Source of the DNA: a virus
Virus record (IMG/VR): IMGVR_UViG_3300032323_002772
Coordinates: 4,432-68,431 of that record
Reading direction: 5' to 3' (one strand)
DNA length: 64,000 nt
In this document: positions 1 through 10,321 of the stretch, piece by piece
How positions within the stretch are numbered: position 1 is the first letter of the stretch
Layout: each line of letters starts with the position of its first letter
Notes under the pieces: model-generated
The model's input: only the letters and a program-made list of their open reading frames with translations
What the model was told of the DNA's origin: nothing
Database searches by the model: none
Position numbers and translations under genes: made by a program

Positions 1-273
1 TACGATCCTGTAACTCCATCGGGCGCACAAGCAGTGATGGAATGGGCTCGTTTAGCACACGAATCAGTAACTGGCCGCGATGGTTATTCTGATTTCTATA
101 AGAAAGATTTAACTTTAGACATCCTAGGTCCTGTAGGTGATGTTGTTGGTGAGTGGATTATCAAAGGTGCTTATTGCAAAACTGCATCTTTTGGTGAATA
201 TGATTGGGCAAGTGAATCCGCAATCAACTTATCAGTAACAATCGCTATGGATTACTGCGTATTGAACTTCTAA
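1..273 (+). CDS. Tail tube protein (T4 gp19-like), 5' truncated by window
   Basis: Frame open from base 1 (YDPVTPSGAQAVMEW...YKKDLTLDILGPVGDVVGEWIIKGA); gp19-type motifs; upstream of chaperone and tape measure genes. Confidence 0.85.
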   Translation, partial: YDPVTPSGAQAVMEWARLAHESVTGRDGYSDFYKKDLTLDILGPVGDVVGEWIIKGAYCKTASFGEYDWASESAINLSVTIAMDYCVLNF

Positions 274-298
274 TTCCTCCTTCATATTTCTCTCTTTT

Positions 299-329
299 AG
301 GTGTCTGCTTTGCAGGCACCTTCTTTTTT
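299..329 (+). terminator. Intrinsic terminator
   Basis: AGGTGTCTGC-TTT-GCAGGCACCT hairpin followed by TCTTTTTT. Confidence 0.8.
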
Positions 330-331
330 CG

Positions 332-340
332 TATATTTAT
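332..340 (+). promoter_or_regulatory. Putative late promoter motif (T)ATATTTAT
   Basis: Same 8-mer recurs intergenically at 1375, 3640, 11615, 16673, 27023, 31775, 38257, 55241, 55821 and 60050. Confidence 0.65.
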
Positions 341-362
341 ATATATAACAATAAAATAGTTT

Positions 363-1121
363 ATGGCCGAATTAAAGATCCCAACAGAAACAGTTTCGTT
401 ACCTTCAAAAGGATTACTGTATCCCGAATCATCACCGCTAGCTAAAGGTGAAATTGAAATGAAATATATGACTGCAAAGGAAGAAGACATTCTTACTAAT
501 GCTAACTATATTCGTCAAGGTACAGTAATTGACAAATTATTACAAGCATTAATTATTACTCCAATTGACTATAATGAATTGCTAATTGGTGATAAAAATG
601 CAATATTAATTGCTGCTCGTGTATTAGGATATGGTAAAGATTATGAATTTACCTATGCTAATTCTAATGGACAAGAAATAAAAGCAACAGCTGATTTATC
701 TAAAATGGAAGATAAAAAGGTTGATTATAATTTGTATAAAAAAGGAATGAATGACTTTCCTTTCACATTACCCCATTCAGGAAATAACATTACATTTAAG
801 TTATTAACACACGGGGACGAACAAAAAATTGAAGCTGAAATTAAAGGTTTACAAAAAATCCACCCAAATGTTTCATTTGAAGCTACTACACGTTTAAAAT
901 ACATGATTACATCTGTTGAAGGTAAGCGTGAAGCAAAAGATATTCGTGATTTTGTTGATAATTACCTTATTGCAAAAGATGCAAGATCATTACGTGAGCA
1001 CTATAACAAAACATCCCCAGACGTTGATTTAATATACAAGCCCGAAGATGAAGACTATACAGGGGAGGGTATAGTAATACCGATATCTCTTAACTTTTTT
1101 TGGCCTGACTCAGGAGCATAG
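363..1121 (+). CDS. T4 gp26-like baseplate hub / tail assembly chaperone
   Basis: LPSKG...MTAKEEDIL...GDKNAILIAAR...YG motifs; lies between tail tube and tape measure; ends FFWPD. Confidence 0.75.
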   Translation: MAELKIPTETVSLPSKGLLYPESSPLAKGEIEMKYMTAKEEDILTNANYIRQGTVIDKLLQALIITPIDYNELLIGDKNAILIAARVLGYGKDYEFTYANSNGQEIKATADLSKMEDKKVDYNLYKKGMNDFPFTLPHSGNNITFKLLTHGDEQKIEAEIKGLQKIHPNVSFEATTRLKYMITSVEGKREAKDIRDFVDNYLIAKDARSLREHYNKTSPDVDLIYKPEDEDYTGEGIVIPISLNFFWPDSGA

Positions 1122-1365
1122 ATTATTTTTATTTAAGCAAATCCATGAAATAGTATTTAATGGACAAGGCGGTTATGACTGGGACACAGTTTATAATATG
1201 CCTATTTGGTTGCGTAAATTTACGTTTGAAACATTAAAAGAACATTATGAAAAACAACGTGAAAGTATGGAAAAGCAACAAAACATGCTTAAAAATAAGT
1301 CAAATAAAGAAATAGCACGACCAAACGTTACACCAACATACACAGCGAAGGTACCTAAAAAATAG
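1096..1365 (+). CDS. Tail chaperone extension frame (gp51-like), probably reached by frameshift at the T7 run; first ATG at 1198
   Basis: +1 frame reads FFGLTQEHRLFLFKQIHEIVFNGQGGYDWDTVYNMPIWLRKFTF...VPKK*; absent from the supplied ORF track. Confidence 0.65.
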   Translation, partial: FFGLTQEHRLFLFKQIHEIVFNGQGGYDWDTVYNMPIWLRKFTFETLKEHYEKQRESMEKQQNMLKNKSNKEIARPNVTPTYTAKVPKK

Positions 1366-1373
1366 GTACCTTT
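1348..1373 (+). terminator. Hairpin at end of chaperone extension ORF
   Basis: AAGGTACCTA-AAAAA-TAGGTACCTT 10-bp stem. Confidence 0.5.
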
Positions 1374-1400
1374 AATATTTATATGATGTAATATTATATT

Positions 1401-3632
1401 ATGGCAGACCCACAAGAATTAAGGAAACAATTAGAAGATCTAAATAAAGAGTTTGAGCAACTTAACAAAACAGTTGCTAGTGTAGCTTCTCAATTAGGTA
1501 AAGGCTTAAGTAGTGCTGTTATTAATGCTGAAGAATTAACTAAAAAATTCTCTGAAGGGGAAAATATTACTAAAAAAGTAGAAGCACAACTTTTAAAAAG
1601 TAAAAAAGCTCTTGAGGCTAATCTTTTAGATGAAATAAAATATCGCGCTGAGGGTAAAAAACGCCTTGCTGATAAACTTGTAGCTGAAAGACAAATATTA
1701 TATCAACTTGATAATCAACTTCGTACATTACAAAAAATAAACGAAGAATACCAAAGAACTAGTACAGTAGCGGGTCATTTAAAAAATAAGCTAAAAGATA
1801 TAAGCAAATCAGTTAAAGATTTTGTTAGTATAGGAGCTATATTTAAGATAATTATTGATTCGGGATTACGTTTCAATAAAGTATCTGTTGATATAAGCAA
1901 GAATTTAGGTTACGGTGCTGATAATGCTAATAGAACAACTAAAGAATTAGTAAAAGCAGCCCAAAGTTCAGACAACCTAAACTTTACTCTTCAGAACGCG
2001 GCTGACGCAATGAATGAACTGAATACAGCTACAGGACTTGTAGCTGAATATTCAGCCGATGCTCTCGGAACACAGATAATGTTAACCAAACAATTTGGTC
2101 TAACAGCGGATGAAGCAGCAGGTATTTATAAATTTTCTGTATTAACAGGAAAATCATCCAAAGCAGTTAATGATGCAATGGTTGGTGCTTTCGTTGCTAC
2201 TAGAAATACTCTAAAAGTAGGAGCACCATTTAAAGCCACAATAGCCGAAGCAGCTAAAGTATCAGGACAGCTAGCAGCTAATCTCCAAAACAACCCAGCT
2301 TCTATTGTTAAAGCAATAGTACAGGCTAAAGCATTAGGTACCTCTCTTGAACAAGTAAAAAATCAAGGTGAGGCACTTTTAAATTTTGAAACCTCAATTG
2401 AAAACGAATTAAAAGCTGAATTGATTACTGGTCAAGAACTTAATCTTGAAAGAGCAAGAGCAGCCGCTTTAATGGGTGATCAAGTAACATTAGCTAAGGA
2501 ACTTAGTAATCAAGGAATGACACTTGAGAAGTTTCAAGGCATGAATGTTATAGCTCAAAAATCATTTGCTGAAGCTTTAGGTTTAAGTGCAGATCAACTT
2601 GCTGATCAATTACAAAAACAAAAATTAGCTAAAGAAACAGGTAAATCTTTAGCTCAAATAACTAAAGATGAAGCTTTAGAAGCGCAGAAAAGACAAGATA
2701 TCCAAACTAAATTTAATCAAGCCATTCTTAAATTACAAGACTTAATTGGTAACCTAGTTTCAGGACCAATGGCTGCCTTTATAGAAGGCTTATCTAATGC
2801 TTTAGATATTATAGGTAAAATATTTAGTAAATTTGGTTCTTTTGTTGAATTAATAAAAAACATTTTACCTGAAGGATTAAGTAAAGCAATAGGTGGATTA
2901 GCTTCTATTGCAACTATAGGTGCTTTAACAGCAGTAGTAGCTAAATCTCTTACTAAAGGTACTCTTTCTAATCCTATGATTACAAAAGATGCTAGTGCTG
3001 CTGGTGGTGGTGGTGATTTACTTGGTGGTGGTGTAGGACGATTAGGAAGATCATTTAAAGCAGGAGGAATGAAAGGAGTTGGTAAAATGGCTGGTAAAAT
3101 GCTTTCTAAAGGACTGAAAGGAAATGCTCTTACTGCTTTAGCTATGGGAGGAATTGAAGCAGGAGCTAACATATCTGAAGGAAAAGGAGCAGGAGAATCT
3201 ATAGGCCGAGCCTTAGTATCAGGTCTTTTTTCACTTGGTGGTGGTGCTTTAGGATCATTTATAGCACCTGGGGTAGGAACAGTAGGTGGTGGTATTGCAG
3301 GTGGAGCTTTAGGTGGTAAAGTAGCTGATGCTATTTTTGGTACAGCAGATGATATGATAGGATATGGTGCAAGAACACTTATTACACCAACAGGAAATGT
3401 AGCGTTAAACAACAATGATACTGTAATAGCAGGTACCAATTTATTTAAAGGTGATGATGTAATGTCATTCCCTAAAGGTGCCTTAAATATGGGTGGAGAT
3501 ATGTCTGAACTTATTAAAGTAGTTAAAGATGCCCTAACTCGCCCAGCCGTTGCGTATATACCTGAGGGTAGAGAAGCATTTTCTAAACAAATAGCCACTT
3601 CAGCTGTACAAGGATCTTACAAAGCAGCATAA
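1401..3632 (+). CDS. Tape measure protein
   Basis: 743 aa Ala/Leu/Lys-rich helical protein with C-terminal Gly-zipper; position after the chaperone gene. Confidence 0.8.
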   Translation: MADPQELRKQLEDLNKEFEQLNKTVASVASQLGKGLSSAVINAEELTKKFSEGENITKKVEAQLLKSKKALEANLLDEIKYRAEGKKRLADKLVAERQILYQLDNQLRTLQKINEEYQRTSTVAGHLKNKLKDISKSVKDFVSIGAIFKIIIDSGLRFNKVSVDISKNLGYGADNANRTTKELVKAAQSSDNLNFTLQNAADAMNELNTATGLVAEYSADALGTQIMLTKQFGLTADEAAGIYKFSVLTGKSSKAVNDAMVGAFVATRNTLKVGAPFKATIAEAAKVSGQLAANLQNNPASIVKAIVQAKALGTSLEQVKNQGEALLNFETSIENELKAELITGQELNLERARAAALMGDQVTLAKELSNQGMTLEKFQGMNVIAQKSFAEALGLSADQLADQLQKQKLAKETGKSLAQITKDEALEAQKRQDIQTKFNQAILKLQDLIGNLVSGPMAAFIEGLSNALDIIGKIFSKFGSFVELIKNILPEGLSKAIGGLASIATIGALTAVVAKSLTKGTLSNPMITKDASAAGGGGDLLGGGVGRLGRSFKAGGMKGVGKMAGKMLSKGLKGNALTALAMGGIEAGANISEGKGAGESIGRALVSGLFSLGGGALGSFIAPGVGTVGGGIAGGALGGKVADAIFGTADDMIGYGARTLITPTGNVALNNNDTVIAGTNLFKGDDVMSFPKGALNMGGDMSELIKVVKDALTRPAVAYIPEGREAFSKQIATSAVQGSYKAA

Positions 3633-3663
3633 CAATTAAATATTTATATTAAACAATAAAATT

Positions 3664-3966
3664 ATGGGATTATTAGACAAATTAAAAAGTAGCATCTTAG
3701 GATTGGGTGGCAACAAACCACAACAATTCGGTGTTAACCCTATTCCACCAGATTCATTACATCAATTATATTCAGTTGATGGAAATCCTGATGTAAGTTG
3801 GCGTTTAATTAAAGGTAACTTACCAAACAAACCGTTACCTTCTACATTAGACGAATTAGATCCAAACGCTCCTAATTTACAAAATGCAGGTGTTGTATCT
3901 CAAGTATATAAATCCAAAAGAGGTCGCACTTATAGAGATTTAGGACCTACTGAAGGACGTTATTAA
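3664..3966 (+). CDS. Hypothetical virion-associated protein
   Basis: 100 aa ORF in tail module, preceded by ATATTTAT motif. Confidence 0.6.
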   Translation: MGLLDKLKSSILGLGGNKPQQFGVNPIPPDSLHQLYSVDGNPDVSWRLIKGNLPNKPLPSTLDELDPNAPNLQNAGVVSQVYKSKRGRTYRDLGPTEGRY

Positions 3967-3972
3967 TATATT

Positions 3973-6075
3973 ATGCCCCTACTTGACTTAAAAACCGACT
4001 TAAAATCACTTAAGTACGGAAAAGACCAACCAGGAGGAGGTAATAGTGGCCAACCATATCAACAAGTTGATATAAACACTGTTGATACAGGGTTTAACCG
4101 TTTTAGAATGACTAAATTCGACGATGGTTTGATTAGAGGAGGTATAGTAGGTGCCGCTAACGCTTCAATTGTTGATACTTTTCGTATTGGGAAATTTCTT
4201 ACTGATTTTCCACAAGGTCCTCTTTTTATAGTAAGACAAGTAGGTTTACAATTATCAAATCCTAAATTAGAAACTAGAAAATTACCTAGTGGTGGAAGTG
4301 GTGTTTTAGGATTCTTAAGTAATCTTGCTAACACCATAAATGATAAGTTTGGTATAGGACCAACTCGTATCTATAATTTAGGAATCAACACATTAGCACA
4401 AGTACCAGTTAATGCCTTTGGTGTTCATCTTAATAGACATGGTTTATTACCTGTACAAGATGATAATACTAAGTATTTAGCTGTAGTACAAGCAAATAAT
4501 TCTAAAGCATATGTTGGTGCTGGTTTACCTAAATCAAGTACTAACAGATTAGTTCAAAAAGCAATTGAACTTCTCCCACCACAAACCCAAACAGGAAGAG
4601 TATTAAGTACAATTCAATCTGCTTTATCTGTATTTGGTATAACACTACCTAGTGTTCAAAACAGACAAATAATTGATGATTACGTAGGTGGTCCTGGATC
4701 TGTTTATGGGATTGGAAGAACAACAATTAGAAGATATGATTATACTTCAAATGGTATTAATAAACAAGATCCACAAGAAAAAGGTAAAGTAAATTACATT
4801 GGTACTCTAGGACTATCACAACAATATTTCTCCAGCTATAACTCATCCCTAGGAATAGGAGGATTAAATATTTCTTTACCATTACTTTTTAGACCATTAT
4901 TTGGAGCTGCTGCTCAAATAGTTAGTAAAGCAAATGCTGCTAAAAATCTTAGACAGTATAACAGTTTAGACTCTAATAATCCAACTAAGGCTCCTTCTAA
5001 TATTGATACTGCTACTTATGGACGTATTATTACTGAAAATATTCCTCTAACAGCAACAGGCAATAGAATTTCATCTACTCGAGACGCAGTGGTTGCAAAA
5101 TATGTTCCAGTTAAAAATGCTTCTTACCAAACATATCAAAATATAATTAATTCTAAAAAATTAAGAGAAAGAACATATACTTTAAATGGAGTACAAGTAA
5201 ATGCTTTTGGATTATATAATAATGCTACAGAAGGAATAGTAGGAGGACTTGTAGGAGGAGAAATATTACCAGATGCTTTAGAAAAACCTGTATACTCAAA
5301 TGGATCTAAAATAGTAAAAATAGATATTCCTTGGAATAAAGTTAATCGTGAAAATAGAGTAGGAAGTGGATTAGAAGACTCAATTAATTTAACTCCTATA
5401 TTTTCAAACAATAATAGAACAATAGGGGATAAAATTACTATAGAAGGTAAAGAAAATAATATTAATGATTTAGTTAAATTTAGAATACAATCATTAACAT
5501 CAAATAATACAGGCGATATATTAGGTAACTGGATGATATTTAGAGCTTATTTAACCCAATTAACAGATAATACAAATGCTAGTTGGAATGAAATTAAATA
5601 TGCTGGTAGAGGTGATAGATTTTATGTATATGATGGTTTTACTCGCCAATTAAATATTAGTTTTAAAGTAGCAGCATTATCTGCTATTGAAATGGAACCC
5701 ATGTATCAAAAGTTAAATTATTTAATGGGTAATTTAATGCCTGATTATAATAATAATTTAATGAGAGGACCATTAGTAAGAATGACTGTTGGTAACTGGA
5801 TTGATGGACAAGATGGCATAATAAATAGTTTATCATATAATATACCTCAAGATTCACCTTGGGAAATAGCTATAAATGAACCTATAAATAGTGAAAATAT
5901 ATTAATACTTCCTCATATTGTAGAAGTACAAATGACGTTTACTCCTATTGGTTCTCAAACTAGAGGTGTTAATTTGATATCTGAAAAATCAAATACTACT
6001 TCTCATATTGCACAAAATGCAAATGAGTCGTCAACTAATCAATATATAACAGGAAGCATTTTAGCAGGAACATAA
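3973..6075 (+). CDS. Baseplate / tail tube initiator-like protein
   Basis: C-terminal FRAYLTQLTD...W...Y.GRGD.FYVYDGFTR...GPLVRMTVGNW region typical of tube-initiator folds; context. Confidence 0.6.
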   Translation: MPLLDLKTDLKSLKYGKDQPGGGNSGQPYQQVDINTVDTGFNRFRMTKFDDGLIRGGIVGAANASIVDTFRIGKFLTDFPQGPLFIVRQVGLQLSNPKLETRKLPSGGSGVLGFLSNLANTINDKFGIGPTRIYNLGINTLAQVPVNAFGVHLNRHGLLPVQDDNTKYLAVVQANNSKAYVGAGLPKSSTNRLVQKAIELLPPQTQTGRVLSTIQSALSVFGITLPSVQNRQIIDDYVGGPGSVYGIGRTTIRRYDYTSNGINKQDPQEKGKVNYIGTLGLSQQYFSSYNSSLGIGGLNISLPLLFRPLFGAAAQIVSKANAAKNLRQYNSLDSNNPTKAPSNIDTATYGRIITENIPLTATGNRISSTRDAVVAKYVPVKNASYQTYQNIINSKKLRERTYTLNGVQVNAFGLYNNATEGIVGGLVGGEILPDALEKPVYSNGSKIVKIDIPWNKVNRENRVGSGLEDSINLTPIFSNNNRTIGDKITIEGKENNINDLVKFRIQSLTSNNTGDILGNWMIFRAYLTQLTDNTNASWNEIKYAGRGDRFYVYDGFTRQLNISFKVAALSAIEMEPMYQKLNYLMGNLMPDYNNNLMRGPLVRMTVGNWIDGQDGIINSLSYNIPQDSPWEIAINEPINSENILILPHIVEVQMTFTPIGSQTRGVNLISEKSNTTSHIAQNANESSTNQYITGSILAGT

Positions 6076-6077
6076 TC

Positions 6078-6389
6078 ATGAATAACAGATACGAAGACGG
6101 AATCATATTAAAAACTGAATATACAAACAGACCTTATTACAGGGGGAAATATTATCCTAATATTCCTTTGTCAGAATCTGATGTGTATGTTATTACTAAT
6201 GTAGGTGATAGACTCGATAATCTAGCATATTCATACTACAGTGATGCTACTTTATGGTGGATCATATCCGTAGCAAATAATAACATTACAAAGGGCGCAT
6301 TATACCCAGAACCAGGTACTCAATTAAGAATACCAACAGATATAAGTAATGTTTTAAAATCATATAACCGCTTTAATCAAGCTAGATAA
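6078..6389 (+). CDS. LysM-like baseplate wedge protein (gp53-like)
   Basis: GDRLDNLAYSYYSDATLWWIISVANN...PGTQLRIP. Confidence 0.8.
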   Translation: MNNRYEDGIILKTEYTNRPYYRGKYYPNIPLSESDVYVITNVGDRLDNLAYSYYSDATLWWIISVANNNITKGALYPEPGTQLRIPTDISNVLKSYNRFNQAR

Positions 6390-6393
6390 TGTT

Positions 6394-9300
6394 ATGTCAA
6401 TATTTAAAGAATCTTTTAAACCCGAAATAAGTGGATCTCTAGCCGTTAGGCAGAGAGCAATGGTAGAGCGTACCCCTACTAATATCCAATATCTTAATTC
6501 GCGCAATTCTTGGATAAGAATGTCATCCTCTGTAAACGTAGAGGGAACAAATGCTTTAGCTAAATCTTACATTTTACAAGGAGGTACTTTAGATTCAAAC
6601 GGAAACTTAAAATCAGGAGTAGGAAAATCAGGTAATGCATACAGTAGTATGACTCCTTCTGGAACACCTCATAGATTTGGTACTAAACCAATGCCTGGCA
6701 TTACAGGAATAGATGTTAGATCTAAATCAGCATATGGTTCATTAAGAGAAGTAACAATAAATTTCCAATGTTGGGATATTCGTCAACTTGAGGATTTAGA
6801 ATTACTCTACATGCGCCCAGGATATACTGTTTTGATTGAATGGGGGTGGATGCCTTTCTTGGATAACAGTGGTGCTTTAAAAACTAATATAGATTACATA
6901 GATATTATAGATAAAACTTATACTAAAGAGGATTTATATAAAGAAATTTACGACAAGTCTCTTAAATCTGGTGGCAATTATGAAGCCATGTATGGTAAAA
7001 TAATGAACTACGGATGGTCAGCTAGACCTGAGGGAGGATATGATTGTCAAACAACTATTATTTCTTTAGGAGAAATATTAGAATCATTAAAAATAAATTA
7101 CGTTCCTTCTACTTTAGGTTTAGATAATCAATTTAAAGGATTTTTAAATGATAAAATTAAAAACGGAAATCCTATTCCTAGTAATGCTAAACCAAACATT
7201 ACAGAAGCATATAATAAAAACATATTAGCAGGAGTTTTTAGAGAACTCTATTATATGGCTGGAAATAATGGTACTGAAAAGTATCAGGAAATGTACGACG
7301 ACAAAAGTTATTATTATTACTTTGTTAAAAAATTAGAAGTTACAAACACAAATATAGATAAAGAAAAATTAATTGGGGAAAATAGTAACATTCAAGTATA
7401 TGTTTCTTTAGGTTCATTAGTTAATTTATTAAATAACTATGTTATTTTAAAGGCAGGACAAGATCCAAAAAATACAAAAAACAATCCTTGTTATGTTAAA
7501 TTAACAACAAAAGATAGAGATGATAAATCTCTTCTTTGCCTAGCACACCCACTTCAAATATCAGTAAATCCAACAGTATGTGTAATTAATTCTTCTACTT
7601 GGAGTCAATTAACTATTGAAACTCAAGTTGCTGGTAGCACTAATCCTGAAACCGGAGATGTTGTTATAAAGTTTAATAGTAATATTAATGTTAATGAATT
7701 ACTAGATAATATAATAAGAAACACAATCCCTGTATCTAAAATTAATATTAAATCAGCTTTAATTAAATATATAAAAGATACTATACAGGGACCAGAAAAT
7801 AACAGATATTCAACTGAGCAAATAATACAAAACATAAAAGAATTATCTAGAGTTTTTATTGAAAAATTAAATGATCCTAGCTATAAAATTAAATTACCAA
7901 ATAAAAGTGCATCATTTGGATTAATATTTGATGCTACTTCAGAGGATGGAAAAAGAGTAAATACAAGTTTAGTTGAATTTAGAAAAGGAAGAGTATTTAA
8001 TTATTTTTATGATTTACTTTACCAAACCTTTGCTGCAAACCTAGATGATACCTCTATATCAGATATACTAACCCCAGAAGGAGTAAATATAGCTAGAACT
8101 AATCCTATTGTAGTAGCTCAACAAGAAGCTAATAAGGTATCTGAGGATGCAAAACAATTAACAGACGCTGCTAAAGAAAGTACAAGATATTTAAGTGGAT
8201 TATTGCCTTATTTTTATAATGATAAAGAGTATAATAAAAATGGTTTAGGTATTATAGAAAATATATTTATAAATCTTCAATTTTTATATACATTATCTTT
8301 AGATGTTAATTTAGAATCTCAAGATAAAAAAGAGAAGAAAGAAATTAATGCTTACGATTTTATAAAAACTGTACTATCACAAATATCTTCGGCTACAGGT
8401 AATATTAATAATTTTGATATTTTTATTGAAAACGACATTGCTAGAATAATAGATATTAACTATACAGATCCAACTAATAAAAATGATGTGTATAATAATG
8501 CTTTCACTTTTGAAATGCAAAATACAAAATCAATTGTAAGATCATATCAACTAGAATCCCAAATATTCCCAGAACAATCTACTATGATTGCTATTGGAGC
8601 ACAAGTAAGAGGAGGTGCTCTTGGTTCTGATGTTAGTACCCTTACTGCTTTTAATAAAAATATAGAAGATAGAGTAATACCCTATAAAAATACAGACTCA
8701 GACCCCAACCCAGATAATCCTGAAGCTAATATTGGTCAGTTAACCAGAACAATGTCTACATTAACTTCCTTCTTTAAAGATGCTGAAAAAGTTGGATTAC
8801 TAGGTTTATGGACATCTAATGAATATGATTTTGATAAAATAACTGAGTACGAAAATGCATTAAAAGATTTAATTGGTTTCTTTATCTCTATTAATGGAGA
8901 TGATATGAAAAATAGAGCAATTATCCCAACTAAATTATCATTAAATATAGATGGTATTGGTGGACTAATAATTGGAAATATATTTAGAATACCAGATGAA
9001 ATATTACCTAGAGGATATAAAGGAGATAAAGCTGGGGCTAAAATAGGATATTTAATAACAGGACTAGGACATTCACTCCAAGATGGAGATTGGATTACTA
9101 AAATTACATCTCAATTTATCATCCTAGATGAACCTACAGGAAAGAAAAACTTTAATTACACTCAAATTAAAGTATACATACTTCCAGACTCAGGAGGAGT
9201 TACAACTACTATACCGAATATTTCTAATAGTGAAGTTGGAAGTGTAGCTGAAGACAGTCAAAAATATCCTGTATTAGTTAAAAACGAAGGATTTAAAGCA

Positions 9301-9744
9301 GCATATAATTCAACTGTTCAAAAATATGCTAAAGTAATACCGTCAACTCCTGTTGCTAATTCTTTAAGAGCAACTTTAAACAAACAATATATAATTGAAA
9401 AAGATAGAGAATTATCAAGTAACGGTGATATAACAGAAGATCTTAAAAATGCTGTTTTAACATTCCAATCTAAGTTAATAGGTAATAGATCTGCATTTAG
9501 TTTTATTACTCCTACTAAACCTATTGTAATAACAGCGGGTAATGATACTTATCATAGAACATATAATGATAATAGAAACAGAACAACCCACGGTAGAGGA
9601 TTAGCTATTGATATTAGAACTACTGAATTCACCAATTCTCAAATTGGCAGTATAATGAATCTATTAAGAGAATCAGGATTTGTGTACGTTATTTATCACG
9701 GTGGAAGTGCTTTACATATTCATGCTAATATAAAAACTACATAA
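6394..9744 (+). CDS. Baseplate hub protein with C-terminal M15-like Zn peptidase domain
   Basis: N-terminal hub motifs (PMPGITGIDV, LYMRPGYTVLIEWGW); C-terminal H-x6-D (THGRGLAID) and HIH. Confidence 0.7.
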   Translation: MSIFKESFKPEISGSLAVRQRAMVERTPTNIQYLNSRNSWIRMSSSVNVEGTNALAKSYILQGGTLDSNGNLKSGVGKSGNAYSSMTPSGTPHRFGTKPMPGITGIDVRSKSAYGSLREVTINFQCWDIRQLEDLELLYMRPGYTVLIEWGWMPFLDNSGALKTNIDYIDIIDKTYTKEDLYKEIYDKSLKSGGNYEAMYGKIMNYGWSARPEGGYDCQTTIISLGEILESLKINYVPSTLGLDNQFKGFLNDKIKNGNPIPSNAKPNITEAYNKNILAGVFRELYYMAGNNGTEKYQEMYDDKSYYYYFVKKLEVTNTNIDKEKLIGENSNIQVYVSLGSLVNLLNNYVILKAGQDPKNTKNNPCYVKLTTKDRDDKSLLCLAHPLQISVNPTVCVINSSTWSQLTIETQVAGSTNPETGDVVIKFNSNINVNELLDNIIRNTIPVSKINIKSALIKYIKDTIQGPENNRYSTEQIIQNIKELSRVFIEKLNDPSYKIKLPNKSASFGLIFDATSEDGKRVNTSLVEFRKGRVFNYFYDLLYQTFAANLDDTSISDILTPEGVNIARTNPIVVAQQEANKVSEDAKQLTDAAKESTRYLSGLLPYFYNDKEYNKNGLGIIENIFINLQFLYTLSLDVNLESQDKKEKKEINAYDFIKTVLSQISSATGNINNFDIFIENDIARIIDINYTDPTNKNDVYNNAFTFEMQNTKSIVRSYQLESQIFPEQSTMIAIGAQVRGGALGSDVSTLTAFNKNIEDRVIPYKNTDSDPNPDNPEANIGQLTRTMSTLTSFFKDAEKVGLLGLWTSNEYDFDKITEYENALKDLIGFFISINGDDMKNRAIIPTKLSLNIDGIGGLIIGNIFRIPDEILPRGYKGDKAGAKIGYLITGLGHSLQDGDWITKITSQFIILDEPTGKKNFNYTQIKVYILPDSGGVTTTIPNISNSEVGSVAEDSQKYPVLVKNEGFKAAYNSTVQKYAKVIPSTPVANSLRATLNKQYIIEKDRELSSNGDITEDLKNAVLTFQSKLIGNRSAFSFITPTKPIVITAGNDTYHRTYNDNRNRTTHGRGLAIDIRTTEFTNSQIGSIMNLLRESGFVYVIYHGGSALHIHANIKTT

Positions 9745-9745
9745 T

Positions 9746-10270
9746 ATGCCTTATTTTCAAGTACCTGCTAATCAAATAACTTATAAATATACTTCTGGTA
9801 ATGAATATATGTTTGTAAGCACTCAAAGAAATTACCAAGGACATTATTATGAGTTTAATGATAAAGTATATGCTGGTAAGGAATTTAACATTAATGCTCC
9901 TGAATTAATTAGAATTACTTCTAAAAACTTAAATCCGTTTTTATCTCAAGTTGCTAGTATTGTGTATGGAAAATTAACTAAAGTAAAAATAAATAATATT
10001 TCCCCACAGTCTTATATTTTTAATCCTGATAAAGTTAATACTAATGATGTTATTAGATACTTTATAGCTAATATTAAAAATAATCCTTTAATTATAAAAG
10101 AGGTTAATGAAAAAGTTTTTGGAGAATTTCAAAACAACCCAATATACATTTCTGTTGCCCTCCCTTACCAGAATAGTTTTAAAGAATCTGATTTAAAAGA
10201 AGCAGAAAAGAAAATGCCGGGAATAACAATATTTGTTAACTCTACATACTCGCCAGGAGTTACAGACTAA
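9746..10270 (+). CDS. Hypothetical protein (end of tail module)
   Basis: 174 aa ORF, co-oriented. Confidence 0.6.
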   Translation: MPYFQVPANQITYKYTSGNEYMFVSTQRNYQGHYYEFNDKVYAGKEFNINAPELIRITSKNLNPFLSQVASIVYGKLTKVKINNISPQSYIFNPDKVNTNDVIRYFIANIKNNPLIIKEVNEKVFGEFQNNPIYISVALPYQNSFKESDLKEAEKKMPGITIFVNSTYSPGVTD

Positions 10271-10321
10271 TTTTTTAGTCCAAAAATTTGGTCTTATATT
10301 TAAGGATAAAGGTTATGTTAT

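Noticed and set aside
2717-3598. 293 aa minus-strand ORF
   Set aside because: Antisense shadow of the Gly/Ala-rich tape measure C-terminus; the other minus-strand ORFs in the track likewise overlap well-supported + strand features
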